DNA of 64,000 bases from Eledone cirrhosa (Eukaryota). The notes beneath the pieces were generated by a model. The model saw nothing but the letters and a program-made list of their open reading frames with translations, had not been told where the DNA came from and did no database searches. The position numbers and the translations under genes are program-made. Numbering within the stretch: the stretch's first letter is position 1; each line of letters opens with the position of its first letter. Positions 28,421 through 42,162 of the stretch are shown piece after piece. The stretch covers positions 427,180,001 through 427,244,000 of the forward strand of contig OZ024740.1 in the NCBI GenBank assembly GCA_964016885.1, given 5' to 3'.

Positions 28421-28983
28421 ATAATATTTATATTTATATATATATATATAATTTAATACAATAACAGAGATAGTTTAAAGTTAAACTCTAAACTCTGACT
28501 GGTAACCATCTCACTCAACAAACATTAGGTTATATTTAAATATAAACCCAATTTAAGTGTTTGGGGTGCTAACAATATGTAAAATGCGGAAAAACCAGTT
28601 GTATTATTTTATGAGATATAATGTTTCATTATAAGTTTTCTACAAGTTGGGAGAATATTTCCAGTTTATGTAGAAGCCTAATATATATTCATGTAAGAAT
28701 ATATTTAGGTGGGGGCTTATAAATCATCAGTGGAAGCCCATTAAACTTTGATATAAGAAAGAAATTCTTACCGTAGTCAAAAATCGTGTCTGTCAAGTTG
28801 CTCCTTCTCGCCTCGAATGACCGCCAAATTTGAAATTCCAGCAGTTTTTGACTGAGGAAGTATCATAGCGACACGAAGCGGGAAGGGGAGACAACTACGA
28901 TCCACGAAAGGAGGAAAAAAATAATATACACGCCGGTTAATTAGTTTTTTCGAAAACATTATCAATCCAACGTGTTAAGAACT

Positions 28984-29093
<110 letters not shown>

Positions 29094-29414
29094 CATACAT
29101 ATATATATATATACATACATACATATATATAGAATAGAATGAAACGATATTTCATTTCTCACTCTTAGTACGGCACTTACTTAAATGTAAGTATATATGT
29201 ATGTTTAGGTACATACATATATGTATACAGACGTACAGTAGTATGAATGTATATACATACATGCACACACATATATATATATATGCACGTATCGGTTTAC
29301 CGAACATTTATTATAATGATCAGTTTGTTTGTTTGTAAACAAACAAACAGCCCGAATTACGCCGTACAGTGTTTAGACAACCACGTCACCTTTTTGTTCA
29401 ACACTGACACAGGA

Positions 29415-29457
29415 ACGATGTACTAGTTTCAAGCTTATTAGCTATCGTCAGCATCGT
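29415..29457 (-). ncRNA. minimal type I hammerhead ribozyme (family D)
   Basis: acgatg-CTGACGA-t-agct-aata-agct-t-GAAAC-ta-GTA-catcgt. Confidence 0.92.
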
Positions 29458-29896
29458 ATACCTTCCTGCCAGATGGTTGAACGTCTGAAAGTATATACTT
29501 TCCTTATGCATATTAACGGCTGAGCAGCCTAATTTTCATATCGAGTGAGTTCAGTCGGCCGGGCACACCGAAAACGATAAATGGAATAGAATTAAACGAA
29601 ATTTCATTTCTCACTCTTAGTACGGCACTTACTTAAATGACTGTAAGTATGTATGTATGTATACGTACATACATATATGTATACAGACGTACAGTAGTAT
29701 GTATATATATAAATACATGCACACATATATATATATGCACGTATCGGTTTACTGAACATTTATTATAATGCTCGGTTTGTTTGTTTGTAAACCGGCCGAC
29801 TGAACTCACTCGATATGCAAATTAGGCTGCCCAGCCGTTAATATGCATCAGGAAAGTATATACTTTCAGACGTTCAACCATCTGGCAGGAAGGTAT

Positions 29897-29939
29897 ACGA
29901 TGCTGACGATAGCTAATAAGCTTGAAACTAGTATATCGT
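29897..29939 (+). ncRNA. minimal type I hammerhead ribozyme (family D)
   Basis: acgatg-CTGACGA-tagctaataagctt-GAAAC-ta-GTA-tatcgt. Confidence 0.9.
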
Positions 29940-30160
29940 TCCTGTGTCAGTGTTGAACAAAAAGGTGACGTGGTTGTCTAAACACTGTACGGCATAATTC
30001 GGGCTGTTTGTTTGTTTACAAACAAACCGATCATTATAATAAATGTCCGGTAAACCGATACGTGCATATATATATATGTGTGCATGTATGTATATATGTA
30101 TATATATACATACTACTGTACGTCTGTATATACATATATGTATTTACGTATACATACATA

Positions 30161-30226
<66 letters not shown>

Positions 30227-30473
30227 TTATGTATTCTAACTGCTCACAGAAAATGAGATCAAAGTTTTTTAATTATTCGCTGAGATTAAGATACCAACCG
30301 AATCCGTTAATATTTGGCAAAATTTAAATCCACTTCATTTAACAATTATAAAAATATTAATCCTGTTGTACTGTCGTTTTTATGAAAAATCTAATAATCT
30401 CCGGTGTTGTATATCCACTCTTATGTTTTATCTATATATTATATATATATATATATAAACTTATATATATATA

Positions 30474-30505
<32 letters not shown>

Positions 30506-30512
<7 letters not shown>

Positions 30513-31000
30513 ACCTACATTCCGCGGGCTCACATACATTCTCTGTGCGTGATTTGGCTCAGTTCAGCCAATCAGCGCCAGTAGAAGAGGATGTATCCCT
30601 ACGCGCCCTGAGGAAGAAATTCATCGCGAAGATTTGAAGAATCTCGCTCTTGTACCAGAAACTTCGAGCCAGCAACACGCATAATGTAACAGTGAGATAT
30701 TGCACCACTAGCCTCGCCGGCTTAACGGCGCAATGGCACATTCCATTTTGTAACCTCTTTGTATCTGTAACTTCAACCATATAAATAAACATACATTCCA
30801 TCTCTAATTACTGCGGTTGAAGTCGTTGTTATGTTACTCGTGTCTCCATGACATCTTTAATCCATGCTGCTGGAATTGGCGACCTGACGAAAGGAATATT
30901 GTAAATAGATGGTAAATAGATCGAGGGACCTTCCCTCACGTCTATGTCAACAAGATAATCCAACGAGGATACTATCACTTACCACACTGGCAACTAACGA
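30506..31000 (+). mobile_element. probable Gypsy-type LTR with PBS-like remnant
   Basis: Starts TGTAGTGA, has AATAAA near 30785, and ends TTACCACA (30986) followed by CTGGCAAC. No second LTR or internal ORF is seen. Confidence 0.45.
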
Positions 31001-31054
31001 CCACTGATTCTACCACCCTGCTAAAGTGGCGATAGCATCTATAACTAATACTGC

Positions 31055-31169
<115 letters not shown>

Positions 31170-31269
31170 TCTTCTTCGCCCACTTATTCCTCAGAGGGCC
31201 TTGGGGCTGAGTCCTCCAACACTCCTTCCTGTCAGAAGCAACCGTCTCCAGTACTGGGAAGTTACATAT

Positions 31270-31420
31270 TAGTTTAACACTTGATACAGCAGGAAAAGTT
31301 TTTCAACATTTCGGACACTAGTCTTTCATCAGAAGATAGAATGAGAGATAAAAGAAGAAATAGAAACACAGAGGAGAGTGAAAAGTGGAAGAATCGAAAA
31401 AATATATTTGAGAAAAGCAC
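31270..31420 (-). mobile_element. family I element with degenerate HHR
   Basis: Minus strand: tctt-CTGATGA-aagac-tagt-gtcc-GAAA-tgttg (31301-31337). Related to 41310-41505(+) and 46900-47080(-). Confidence 0.6.
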
Positions 31421-32514
31421 GTGTGTATTCACACAAATACTTCAAATATTAGCCTTTCTGCATTTTATTATATATTTGTCGCCTCATCAGAATATAATAA
31501 AATGATTCTGTTTCCAGTGATATGTTTAATATAGCAACAGTCTATATGTTAAGTAAGATGTATAAAAGACCTGAAATGGCCATGTAATTACTTAAATACT
31601 ATTTGAACTGAACACATGAATGGGATTAAAGAAAGCGAAGGTCTAGGGTAACACCCCACTAAACAGGACAGCATTTGGCTCTATTTTTTTACTCCCGTAT
31701 CACAATTTAATTTCATGCACACTGTTAGGAACTGTGTCTCCTTGTGTTAGATTTCCAAACACTTGTTTGTATCGTGTCTGCGAATGGTAATGCCCTTAAA
31801 ACAACGGTAGCAGCGTGCATGGTCTTTGGCTTTGGGTTTGCTATAAATTTTGCGGCTAAGTGCCGCATTCATTTTTTTTCTTTTTAGAACAGAAGTCCTT
31901 CACGTGGCTCATGTGATTAATAATGTTATAACTGGAGGTTTTACTCTGTATTACCGTTTAAATTTGCCTAACATCCGCTATCACTGTGTACTACAATCCT
32001 AGGGTAATATTGTGGTCTTTACATGTTATAACTTAGAATTATATCCAATCTCCAGCCGATCGTTGGAGTTGCCGATAGCTTCTGCATGTTCACCACAGGT
32101 CTGTACTGTTGCTCAAAAGGGAAAACATACCAAGAAGCGAAATATTCCAACTGGTTATTTGTCAAATAATAGAAAATGTCTAGTGATGATATTTTTTCCT
32201 ACTCAAGATAATGGACAAAACCTTCCATCCATTTAAAAAAACGCTCGTTACTGAAACAGCAAAACATCTCCAAAAGGTAAACCTGTTTGCTTTTATATAT
32301 ACCAACAATAATGGTGGCCATGATGGGATGGAAGTTGAGAAGGAAGGCGCTGAAGATGAAATGGCTATAATAGAAAAATATGAAAGAAGATAAGAAACCG
32401 ACGAACGAGAGAAGTAAATAAAGGGGGAAAGAAAATAGTCGGGAAATGAATAAAAAGAAAAGAGAAAATGGAATGATTGAAGTTTGAGATATTTAAAGAA
32501 AAGAGGTGAAAGTG

Positions 32515-33445
32515 GTGTCTGTGTATATGTGTGTCTGCCTGTGTGTGTGTCTGGCTGTGTGTGTCTGGCTGTGTGTGTGTCTGCCTGTGTGTGTGTGTCT
32601 GGATTTGTGTGTCTGCCTGTGTGTGTGTGTGTGTCTGGCTGTGTGTGTGTGTGTCTGGCTGTGTGTGTGTGTGTCTGGATGTGTGTGTCTGCCTGTGTGT
32701 GTGTGTCTGGCTGTGTGTGTGTGTCTGGCTGTGTATGTGTCTGGCTGTGTGTGTGTCTGGCTGTGTGTGTGTCTGGCTGTGTGTGTGTCTGGCTGTGTGT
32801 GTGTGTCTGGCTGTGTGTGTCTGGCTGTGTGTGTGTCTGGCTGTGTGTGTGTCTGGCTGTGTGTGTGTCTGGCTGTGTGTGTGTCTGGCTGTGTGTGTGT
32901 GTCTGGCTGTGTGTGTCTGGCTGTGTGTGTGTCTGGCTGTGTGTGTGTCTGGCTGTGTGTGTGTCTGGCTGTGTGTGTGTCTGGCTGTGTGTGTGTATCT
33001 GGCTGTGTGTGTCTGGCTGTGTGTGTGTCTGGCTGTGTGTGTGTCTGGCTGTGTATATGTGTGTATGGATGTGTGTGTGCCTGGCTGTGTGTGTGTTTCA
33101 ATGTGGCAGTGTGTGAATGTGGCTGTGTGTGAGAATGTGGCTGTGTGTGAATGTTGCTGTGTGTGTTTGAATGTGGCTGTGTGTGAATGTGGCTGTGTGT
33201 GTGAATGTGGCTGTATGTGTGAATGTGGCTGTGTGTGAATGTGGCTGTGTGTGTGTGAATGTGGTTGTGTGTGTGAATGTGGATGTGTGTGAATGTGGCA
33301 GTGTGTGAATGTGGCTGTGTGTGTGAATGTGGCTGTGTATGAATGTGGCTGTGTGTGAATGTTGCTGTGTGTGAATGTGACTGTGTGTGAATATGGCTGT
33401 GTGTGAATGTGGCTGTGTGTGTGTGTGAATGTGGTTGTGTGTGAA
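32515..33445. repeat. (GT)n-CTGGCT and (GT)n-GAATGTGGCT minisatellites
   Basis: Seen directly; the unit switches at about 33095. Confidence 0.95.
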
Positions 33446-33582
33446 TGTATGTATGGGTATCTGTGTACGTGTATGTCTATGTCTATGTGTATGTGTATGT
33501 GTGTAATGTTTGTATGTAGATACATAAGGGTGTGAATGTGTGTCTGCGCCATTGACTGTATTTGTTTAGAAGTGTGTGCCAC

Positions 33583-33618
<36 letters not shown>

Positions 33619-33891
33619 AAATTATTGTATCTATATGTATAAGCGTGTGAATGTGTGTCTATGTTTATATCTATGTGTTTGTGCCGACTTCTATAGATGT
33701 ATGTATGTGTAGAAGTAAGAGAAAGGAAGCTATATTATGATTGGAGGACCGTAAAGAAAATGGTGGACAATAATTATTGGAAAGGAAGAACTTCGAGACT
33801 TGTACAACGATTATAAGAGAAATATATCTGGTCTGTTCTGGGATATATGTATATTAAGACAAATATTGAGTCAGTTAATCAGTGTTGGCGG

Positions 33892-34056
33892 TTTGAACTG
33901 GATTGAACTGGCTTGGACTGGTTTGGACTGGCTTAGACTGGCTTAGACTGGCTTAGACTGGCTTAGACTGGCGTAGGCTGGCTTAGACTGGCTTGGACTG
34001 GTTTAGACTGGCATGGACTGGCTTCGACTGGTTTGGACTGGCTTAGACTAGGTTGG
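33892..34056. repeat. 10-bp tandem repeat GACTGGCTTA
   Basis: About 16 degenerate units. Confidence 0.9.
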
Positions 34057-37000
34057 AACGGGTAATGGGCTACGTGGTTGTATGGATAGTTAACTGATTG
34101 TGTGTGTGCGTCAATGTCTGAATGGATGGGGGTGTAAGGATAGAAGTGAGACAACGAACTTTAGGGTGAATGTGTTATGATGGTAGGATGATTAATGAAT
34201 GATTAAATTTATGACTGATCGCATATAGAGAGTTTACAAAAACCAATATATTTATTGAAAAGAACTTCGATCATCATTTTATGTAAGAACCCTTGTTAAG
34301 TTATATTCTAAATACTAATTTTTTAAATCAAAAATTAAAACAAATTTTAAACAAATGAAACTCTCAAAGTTGGCTCAAAAACCACAGAAGATATGGAAGG
34401 CGAAGGATGGGCTCTGGCCCTGGAGGAGGGTGGTGTTTCGATTGCGTTCTGCGGACAAAACTGCAAAGTAATTGTGAAATGGTAATTGTAAATATTTTGG
34501 TCAAAGGTTGAATGAATTAATTTATATTTGAATTAATGAAATTGTGACTGAGTTCCCAGGGAATGAGAACGTAAAGGCAAAATACAGGGTGGGATTAGAA
34601 GAAATGTTTCTGTGTGAAAAAGAATTATGATGAAAAAATATATATAGTGAATGAATACATTTTGTTTTACAGCTTAGTCTGGAGGGGATGGGCAGCGTCC
34701 ACATTCTTTTTTACAGCCCCGAGACTGGTGCGAGGAAGGGTAAATTTTATTTGAAGACACAGCATTGGCCATATTGAAGGACACAAAGCGAACTCTGCAA
34801 ATGACACCAAAAATACCCAATCCACTACAAAACTATATTTTCGTCGTTATACAACAAGTACGAACGTTTCTCTCGTTACTACAACCAAATAAGACATCAA
34901 ATATAACCAAGGAAGTGGTTTTAAACCGGGAAATAGTTTAAGTCTGCAACCAAGACTAAGAACTCAGAGACGATACAAATAGTGTATGGCACCCTAATAC
35001 AATCACTCCTCTAGTACAACATCCTAGACTCTTATGCTATGTTACCATCGCTGAAGAAATGAAAAGCAAAGTTGATCATAGTTGGATTTAAAATTAGTTC
35101 CCAGATCTAGAACAAATAATATGGATGGTAAATTGTCGTTCGCTCTAACAACTACGCCAATTCACCGTGAGAGTAGAGATGAAAAAAACAAGTTTCTGCT
35201 TGTATGGTATAACAATGTGTTAGTAGGGCTCCTTTATTATACGTGCATGGGTAGGTGCCTGTTCCTGTTGTGCTTGTGTGACCGATGTAAAGATTTTGTT
35301 CATGAACTTCACAACATTTTGAATTTACATTGGAAATTATATATCACATTGGTTATCTGTAGTACATCTTGTAGTTTACTAATCTATGGTTCCCTGTTAA
35401 TGTGGAACATTCTCATTTGAAGGATATTCTAAGAGTTTGTTGATAGGGTTGATACATGCTGTGTTTTAATGACGTATTCCATTATTCTATAACCAGGGTG
35501 AATTCGGTTCTTTTAGTATAGGAAATGTGTAGATTCTGTATTTTTTATGAATGCTATTTATGTCTCGTGACTGCGAGTCCTTATAATGTTCTAAAACAAT
35601 TTAGAAGCGTAAAAAAAAAAAAAAAAATGCAAAATAATCTTTGTTAATGAGATAAATCTGTCCACAACCCTATCCTCTCAATTTACTTTTCTCGCTTCTT
35701 TATATTTGATTCGCTCTTTCTTTTTTGTATTAAGTGTGACTAGCATTTTCTTATTTACATGCCTTTTGTGTAAGCATGCTGTAATATTCCTTCTTTAAAA
35801 CATTTCTATTGTTCTATGGCACGATCTACAATGTTGAGGTGGCCGTTGTTTTAGACGCGAGATTTCCATATTTATATCATCCTTGGTGCTCGATATTTAA
35901 CTAGTTTATCAAATGAATCGTTCTTTATATGTTTTGGGTCAACTGACCTCCTGAGTTTGATGTTTGTAATACATATGTTTATGTCTAAGAAAAGAAAGAT
36001 CTGTTAAAAGTAGTGTCTGTTGCTGCTTGGTTGAATAGTAAATATCTGCGAGGAAATATAGAAAAGCTCCACACACAGTCTAATATTTTTATTTTTTCAT
36101 AAAAATTTGTATCAGCCAGAGCTATAGGAATTTTCTCTGTTGCTAGCTTTCCAGCACTCAAGAACTTTTGATGAAAGCTCCGGTCAAGAAAATCTGAAGA
36201 TTTCCTTTTACTTAAGTTCATTTTTTCCCCGACTTTCCATATTCAGAGAGCGAGCTTTATATATATAAAAAAATTTGTTATATCTTACGTATGATTCAGA
36301 TTAAATATATAAAACAATTGAGGTATTTTCTACCCTCGTAATTTTAGACACATAATTCTCTGTTTATTTCTACATATATTATTATATAATGCTCAGTATT
36401 TATACTTTGAGCTTGTTAATTGCAGGGTATCAATATGAGTTAGTAACTCTGTATTTTATTTGTATACATATATATATATACATACATAGATGTGCATAAG
36501 AAAATAGAAGTGGAGTTAAGAGGATAGAGTTAGTGTGAGAACACGACAGATCAGTCGCAAGAAAAGAAAAAGTAAGGCAATGAGATATAGGAGGGAAACT
36601 ACGAAGAAACATGAGCCAATCTAAAGAAAAGGAATTAGGGAGAAAGTAAAGAGTGAGCGACTGAGAGACTGTCGCTTTAAAATAACTGACAGGCTGACTG
36701 ATATGTAGACAGGTAGACAGACAAGTAGAACGACAAGAAGACAAAATGACACCCATTTTTACTGTCAGATAAAGAGATTGATTTCCCCACTCAGTGATTG
36801 CTGTCTGATAGGCAAACTTACAGTTGACACTCAATACAAGAAACCTGACTGACTCTCTCCCAAACGGGGAGAACTTATTGATAGGCAGACACACTGTCAC
36901 CTTTTTAGAATGACACTCAGGATGACTCACTGACTGACTGATTCAGTCATTCTCATACCAAAAAATCAGACAGGCAGTTGATTTTAATAATTCATTGTTA

Positions 37001-37356
37001 GACACAACGATACACTCATGTACACACATACTATAACTCACATAGTAATTATGGAAACTGACAACTAGGCAGGCTGACAAATTGACAGATTGAATGAGTG
37101 ACAGGCTGGCGGATTAATGGAAATGAGTCACAAGCCGAAATATATGATATACATGAAGCCATACTGATTGACTCTCAATCTGAATGACATACAAACAGAA
37201 TGACATACAATAGGCAGAGCTATATAACCAATCAGCCAATGAATTAATGTAATCCCTAACATATTCTAATATTCTAATATTCTACGCTCATCAATGATGA
37301 ATATTGTACATGTAGTTACTAGTGATTATCTTATCAATACTTTGTCAAGTCTATTC

Positions 37357-37395
37357 TTCACTGAGGAGCTCTAATCAGGCCGAAATATGTATGAG
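37357..37395 (+). ncRNA. minimal type I hammerhead ribozyme motif
   Basis: ttca-CTGAGGA-gctct-aatc-aggcc-GAAAT-at-GTA-tgag. Stem II is partly decayed. Confidence 0.6.
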
Positions 37396-37649
37396 TTGCT
37401 TTCGACTAGAGTCGGAAAAAGTACTGCAAAGTATTTTTTGTCCGGTGCTTTAATGATTCCGCCATTCAACCACCCTGGCTTCTAATTTCGACATATGACC
37501 AGCAATTACGATAAAGGGTAACGTCGAGTAAATCGACCCCAGTAGTAGACTGGTACATATTTGAGTTACCCTGGAATGAATGAGCGGCAAAGTTGATCTC
37601 GGCGAGATTAGAATTTTAAATTGAAATTCTGTTAATCAACTGCGTTTTT

Positions 37650-38880
37650 TAATAATTGTTTCTACTTTAGGCACAAGGCCAACATTTTATCCAGTATATT
37701 ACTGGTACTCTATTTTATCGACCCCGTAAGGATGAAAGGCAAAGCGGGATTTGAACTCAGACCGTAAAGGGACGTAACTATGCTGGAAAGCATGGCGTCC
37801 GACTCTCTACCGTTCCTGCAAATCCAGATATCTTGTTGCATTTAGTTGCATCCCTTTATGTTGTGGGTTGCAATTCCGCTAGATTTTAATATTGACTTCT
37901 ATCTTTTCTGGATGTCTATAAAAATACTAGTCAAGTACTGGTATCAACGTCACAGAGATTGCCTCTTCCCAAAACTGCCAACCAACATATTTTTCTCATA
38001 CGGTTTCCTTGTAGTATATACATATATAAAGGCGGTGGGTTGGCAATATCGGTAGAACGTCAGATAACATGCTTCATGACATAGAGTTACGGCCCTTTAT
38101 CCGATGTTAGTTTTGCCTTTCATCCTTGCGAGGTTGAAAAAATAAAGTACCATTAACGTTAAAATTTCTGGTCTTGTGCCTATACCAGAAACCATTATAT
38201 ACATATATGAAAATACATGAAAAGAAATCTTAACTTTAAAAAGATGAAGATTGACCGAATCGGTAGAGCGGGAGGTAAAGTGTTTGTCACAGTTGTGCTA
38301 GATTATAACTTCCAAATACATCCAGTCCAAATTTTTCATTTGCATTTATATTATAGTCATAATTTACATATATAAGGATCAATCAATTCTCTTTATTTTC
38401 TGGCTACTAAACGTACTGCATTGATAGAGTCGCTAAAGCGTTGGACAGCATGTTTGATGTATTTAGTAAACCATCTTTACGTTCTGAATTCACATCCATT
38501 CATGGAGCCGATAAAATGAAGTACCACTGAAGGCTGCATATGCCCCAAAGCATACCACACATGATTCACAAGTTTGCATATAACGAAATACATTGTTTAA
38601 TATATCCATCAAAGGATCAATAAAATAAAGTACCCCACAAGTACAGACGTTGATATAATCGAAAATATGTCTACGTAAGACATCATTATTAGTCATTGGC
38701 AGTATCGGTAGAGGGTCTGACGCCATGCTTTGCATCAAAGAGTTACGGCCCTTTATGGTCTGAGTTCAAATCCCGCCGAGGTTTACTTTGTCTTTCATCC
38801 TTACGGGGTCGATAAAATAAAGAACCAGTAATACACTGGGGTAATTGCTGGCCTAGTGCCAAAAGTAGAAACAATTATTG
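37650..38880. mobile_element. SINE family 1 copies at 37650-37827(-), 38030-38198(+) and 38695-38879(+)
   Basis: Consensus head, core and tail motifs in each copy. Confidence 0.85.
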
Positions 38881-39077
38881 GTTTCCGAAATGTTTTATAA
38901 TTTTTCGGGGTTTTTTTAATCCAACAACGATGTATTTAAAATATAATTCCATCAATTTTTACTGTTGATATTCACTTTATTTTTTATACCTTAAATGTCT
39001 TTCTCCAATCAAAAATAAGACGGGCGTTCACACTTATGTCATTTATTTTATTACATTTAATAAATAATCATGGATAT

Positions 39078-39432
39078 TTGTTGTTGTTGTTGGTGGTGGT
39101 GGTGGTGGTGTTGCTGGCGTTGTTGTTGTTGATGTTGTTGATGTTGATGTTGTTGTTGGTGGTGGTGTGTTGTTGTTGGTGATGGTGGTGTTGTTGTTGT
39201 TGGTGGTGGTGTTGCTGGTGTTGTTGTTGTTGTTATTGTTGATGTTGATGTTGTTGTTGTTGTTGGTGGTGGTGTTGTTGTTGGTGTTGGTGGTGTTGTT
39301 GTTGGTGGTGTGTTGCTGGCGTTGTTGTTGTTGATGTTGTTGATGTTGATGTTGTTGTTGTTGGTGGTGTGTTGTTGTTGGTGTTGGTGGTGTTGTTGGT
39401 GGTGGTGTTGCTGGCGTTGTTGGTGGTGTGTT

Positions 39433-39463
<31 letters not shown>

Positions 39464-39609
39464 GTGGTGTGTTGTTGTTAGTGGTGGTGGTGTTGTTGTT
39501 GGTGTTGGTGGTGTTGTTGTTGGTGGTGGTGGTGTTGTTGGTGTTGTTGTTGTTGTTATTGTTGATGTTGATGTTGTTGTTGTTGGTGGTGGCGGTGTTG
39601 TTGTTGGTC

Positions 39610-39641
<32 letters not shown>

Positions 39642-39808
39642 GGTGTTGCTGGCGTTGTTGTTGTTGTTATTGTTGATGTTGATGTTGTTGTTGTTGGTGG
39701 TGGTGGAGTTGTTGGTGTTGTTGTTGGTGGTGGTGGTGGCGGTGGAGGTGTTGCTGGTGTTGTTGTTGTTGTTATTGTTGTTGTTGTTGTTGTTGTTGTC
39801 GTTGTTGA

Positions 39809-39891
<83 letters not shown>

Positions 39892-39905
39892 CTGTTGTTG
39901 TTGTT
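39078..39905. repeat. (GTT)n/(GGT)n trinucleotide satellite
   Basis: Seen directly; it explains the 378-aa and 204-aa pseudo-ORFs. Confidence 0.95.
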
Positions 39906-40071
39906 TCTGGAATTTTGTCAGTGATATTTTCCTTTTTTTTTCTCACTTTTCTATATGTATTCATTTTAAAATATTTTCCCCAGGGAACAATTAGAGGCAA
40001 GCGCAACATGATATATATATATACATATACATTTGATATATATGTATATATGAATAAATAGATAAATAAAG

Positions 40072-40208
<137 letters not shown>

Positions 40209-41005
40209 TAATTATACATACACACACACACAGACATATATATATATTCGCCTGTAGGTATATATATATATATATACGTCTGTAGGTATATATATATATA
40301 TACGTCTGTAGGTAAATATATGAATCTATATATGCACATAGATATTTCTATAGGAATATGCGTAACCATTGATTGAGGATAGGAATTTTTTTTTTCTTTT
40401 TGTTACTTTAATTTAAGTTTCGTCTAGTTCCTTTGCAGCGGCAGCAAACATATTTACCGTTGCACCAGACTAGATTGTTTCGAAACGAACACTAAAAACC
40501 AAAATATATAAACATAATATCAATAAAGAAGACGAAATAAATAAATAAATAAATAGAAGGAAAAATGCAGCTCTCACCAAATTCAGGCAATTTGATTGAC
40601 AGTTTCTAACTTGACGTAAAACTATTAGGGTCAAATTCTTCTAGCATCGCACCTGCCACTATTCCATGGATAAGAGAGTTGGAGGATAAGAAAACAAGAA
40701 ACAGAAACATTATAAGAATGATAAAAACAACAACAACAAAAATTACTAAAAAAAAAAGATTTACATTCTTCAAGAAAAAAGGAATTAATATAAATCAAGA
40801 AATAACAGACGAGAATGATAATAATAATAATAATATAAAGAAGAAGAAGAAGAAGAAGAAGAAGAAGAAGAAGAAGAAGAAGAAGAAGAAGAAGAAGAAG
40901 AAGAAGAAGAAGAAGAAGAAGAAGAAGAAGAAGAAGAAGAAGAAGAATTTAAACGGATTTCTCTCTGAAAATTTCAATTGAAATACCATTAACCCACCAA
41001 CTAAA

Positions 41006-41185
41006 TATTGTTTCTACTTTTGGCACAAGGCCAGCAATTATTCCAGTACATTACTGGTACTTTATTTTATCGACCCCGTAAGGATGAAAGGCAAAGTTAA
41101 CCTCGGCGGGATTTGAACACAGATCGTAAAGGGACGTAACTATGCTGGAAAGCATGTCCGACACACTACCGATACTGCCAACTGA
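41006..41185 (-). mobile_element. SINE family 1 with apparent target-site duplication
   Basis: ACCCACCAACTAAATATT occurs on both sides (about 40992-41009 and 41186-41203). Confidence 0.9.
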
Positions 41186-41502
41186 CCCACCAACTAAATA
41201 TTACGACACAGTTGCAACACACACTATACAAGATGTGCATATGTGTGGAGCGTGCTGGGGCTTGTGGTAGTTGGGTGCATACGCACACAAATATATATAT
41301 TTATATATATGTTATTTTTATCTGAAGACATTTTTTTCCAATTCCAACCCTCCCGTCCCCTCGTTCTATCACATTTCTCGTTCTTTCTTCTGATGAAGGA
41401 CTATCGTTCGAAACGGTAAGACCCTCTTCCTACTATATCAAGCGTTAACCTAATGTATTCCTTTCATATACTGTACCGATTGTGTTGTTATTTCTGCTTA
41501 CC

Positions 41503-41629
<127 letters not shown>

Positions 41630-41867
41630 AATCAGCCCCTCATTCTTGCTCTTTCTACTGACATGGCTTTAAAAATGAAGCTGCTTGCATAATTGCAAAC
41701 AAATCGAATATTATTATCAATTTTCGAAAAACCCAGATTACATTTATTGTATTCAGCCATGTAGAGCGATATGTTTTATTTATATATTTTACGAAGAATG
41801 AACTATGATGTGAACTTATCTCTAAAACCCATTCTGGGTCATGTAAGGAACGCTTTTTAGTTTGTTA

Positions 41868-41908
41868 TGCCCTTGAGAAGCCCATCTGGGCGAAACGTAC
41901 GTAGGTGG
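41868..41908 (+). ncRNA. hammerhead ribozyme in the 5' pLTR (U3-A8 core)
   Basis: cc-TTGAGAA-gccc-atct-gggc-GAAAC-gtac-GTA-gg. Confidence 0.8.
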
Positions 41909-42162
41909 TTTTTAAATAAATATGTTTTAACGGTTTGTTCTCCTTTATATACTTCTCTACGTGTATCCGCTCTGCTGATTTTCCCGCCCACTAGATATTA
42001 ACACTTCTAATATTTAACACTGCAGGCACAAGTATTGAGCACCTTTTGCATTTACTATTGGCAAATAACTACATGCATCGCCTATCTCTTCTTCTCTCTC
42101 TCGATACTTAAATATTCTATTACCGTGCTCCTTTTGTAGAGCATCTCACTGTATTTGCCATC

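Larger units (their letters stand above)
29132..30163. mobile_element. HHR element family D: about 452-bp unit, partial tandem copy and about 370-bp inverted copy
   Basis: Unit 29132-29583, partial repeat 29584-29791, and inverted arm 29792-30163 matching about 29188-29562. (TA)n on both sides. Confidence 0.88.
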
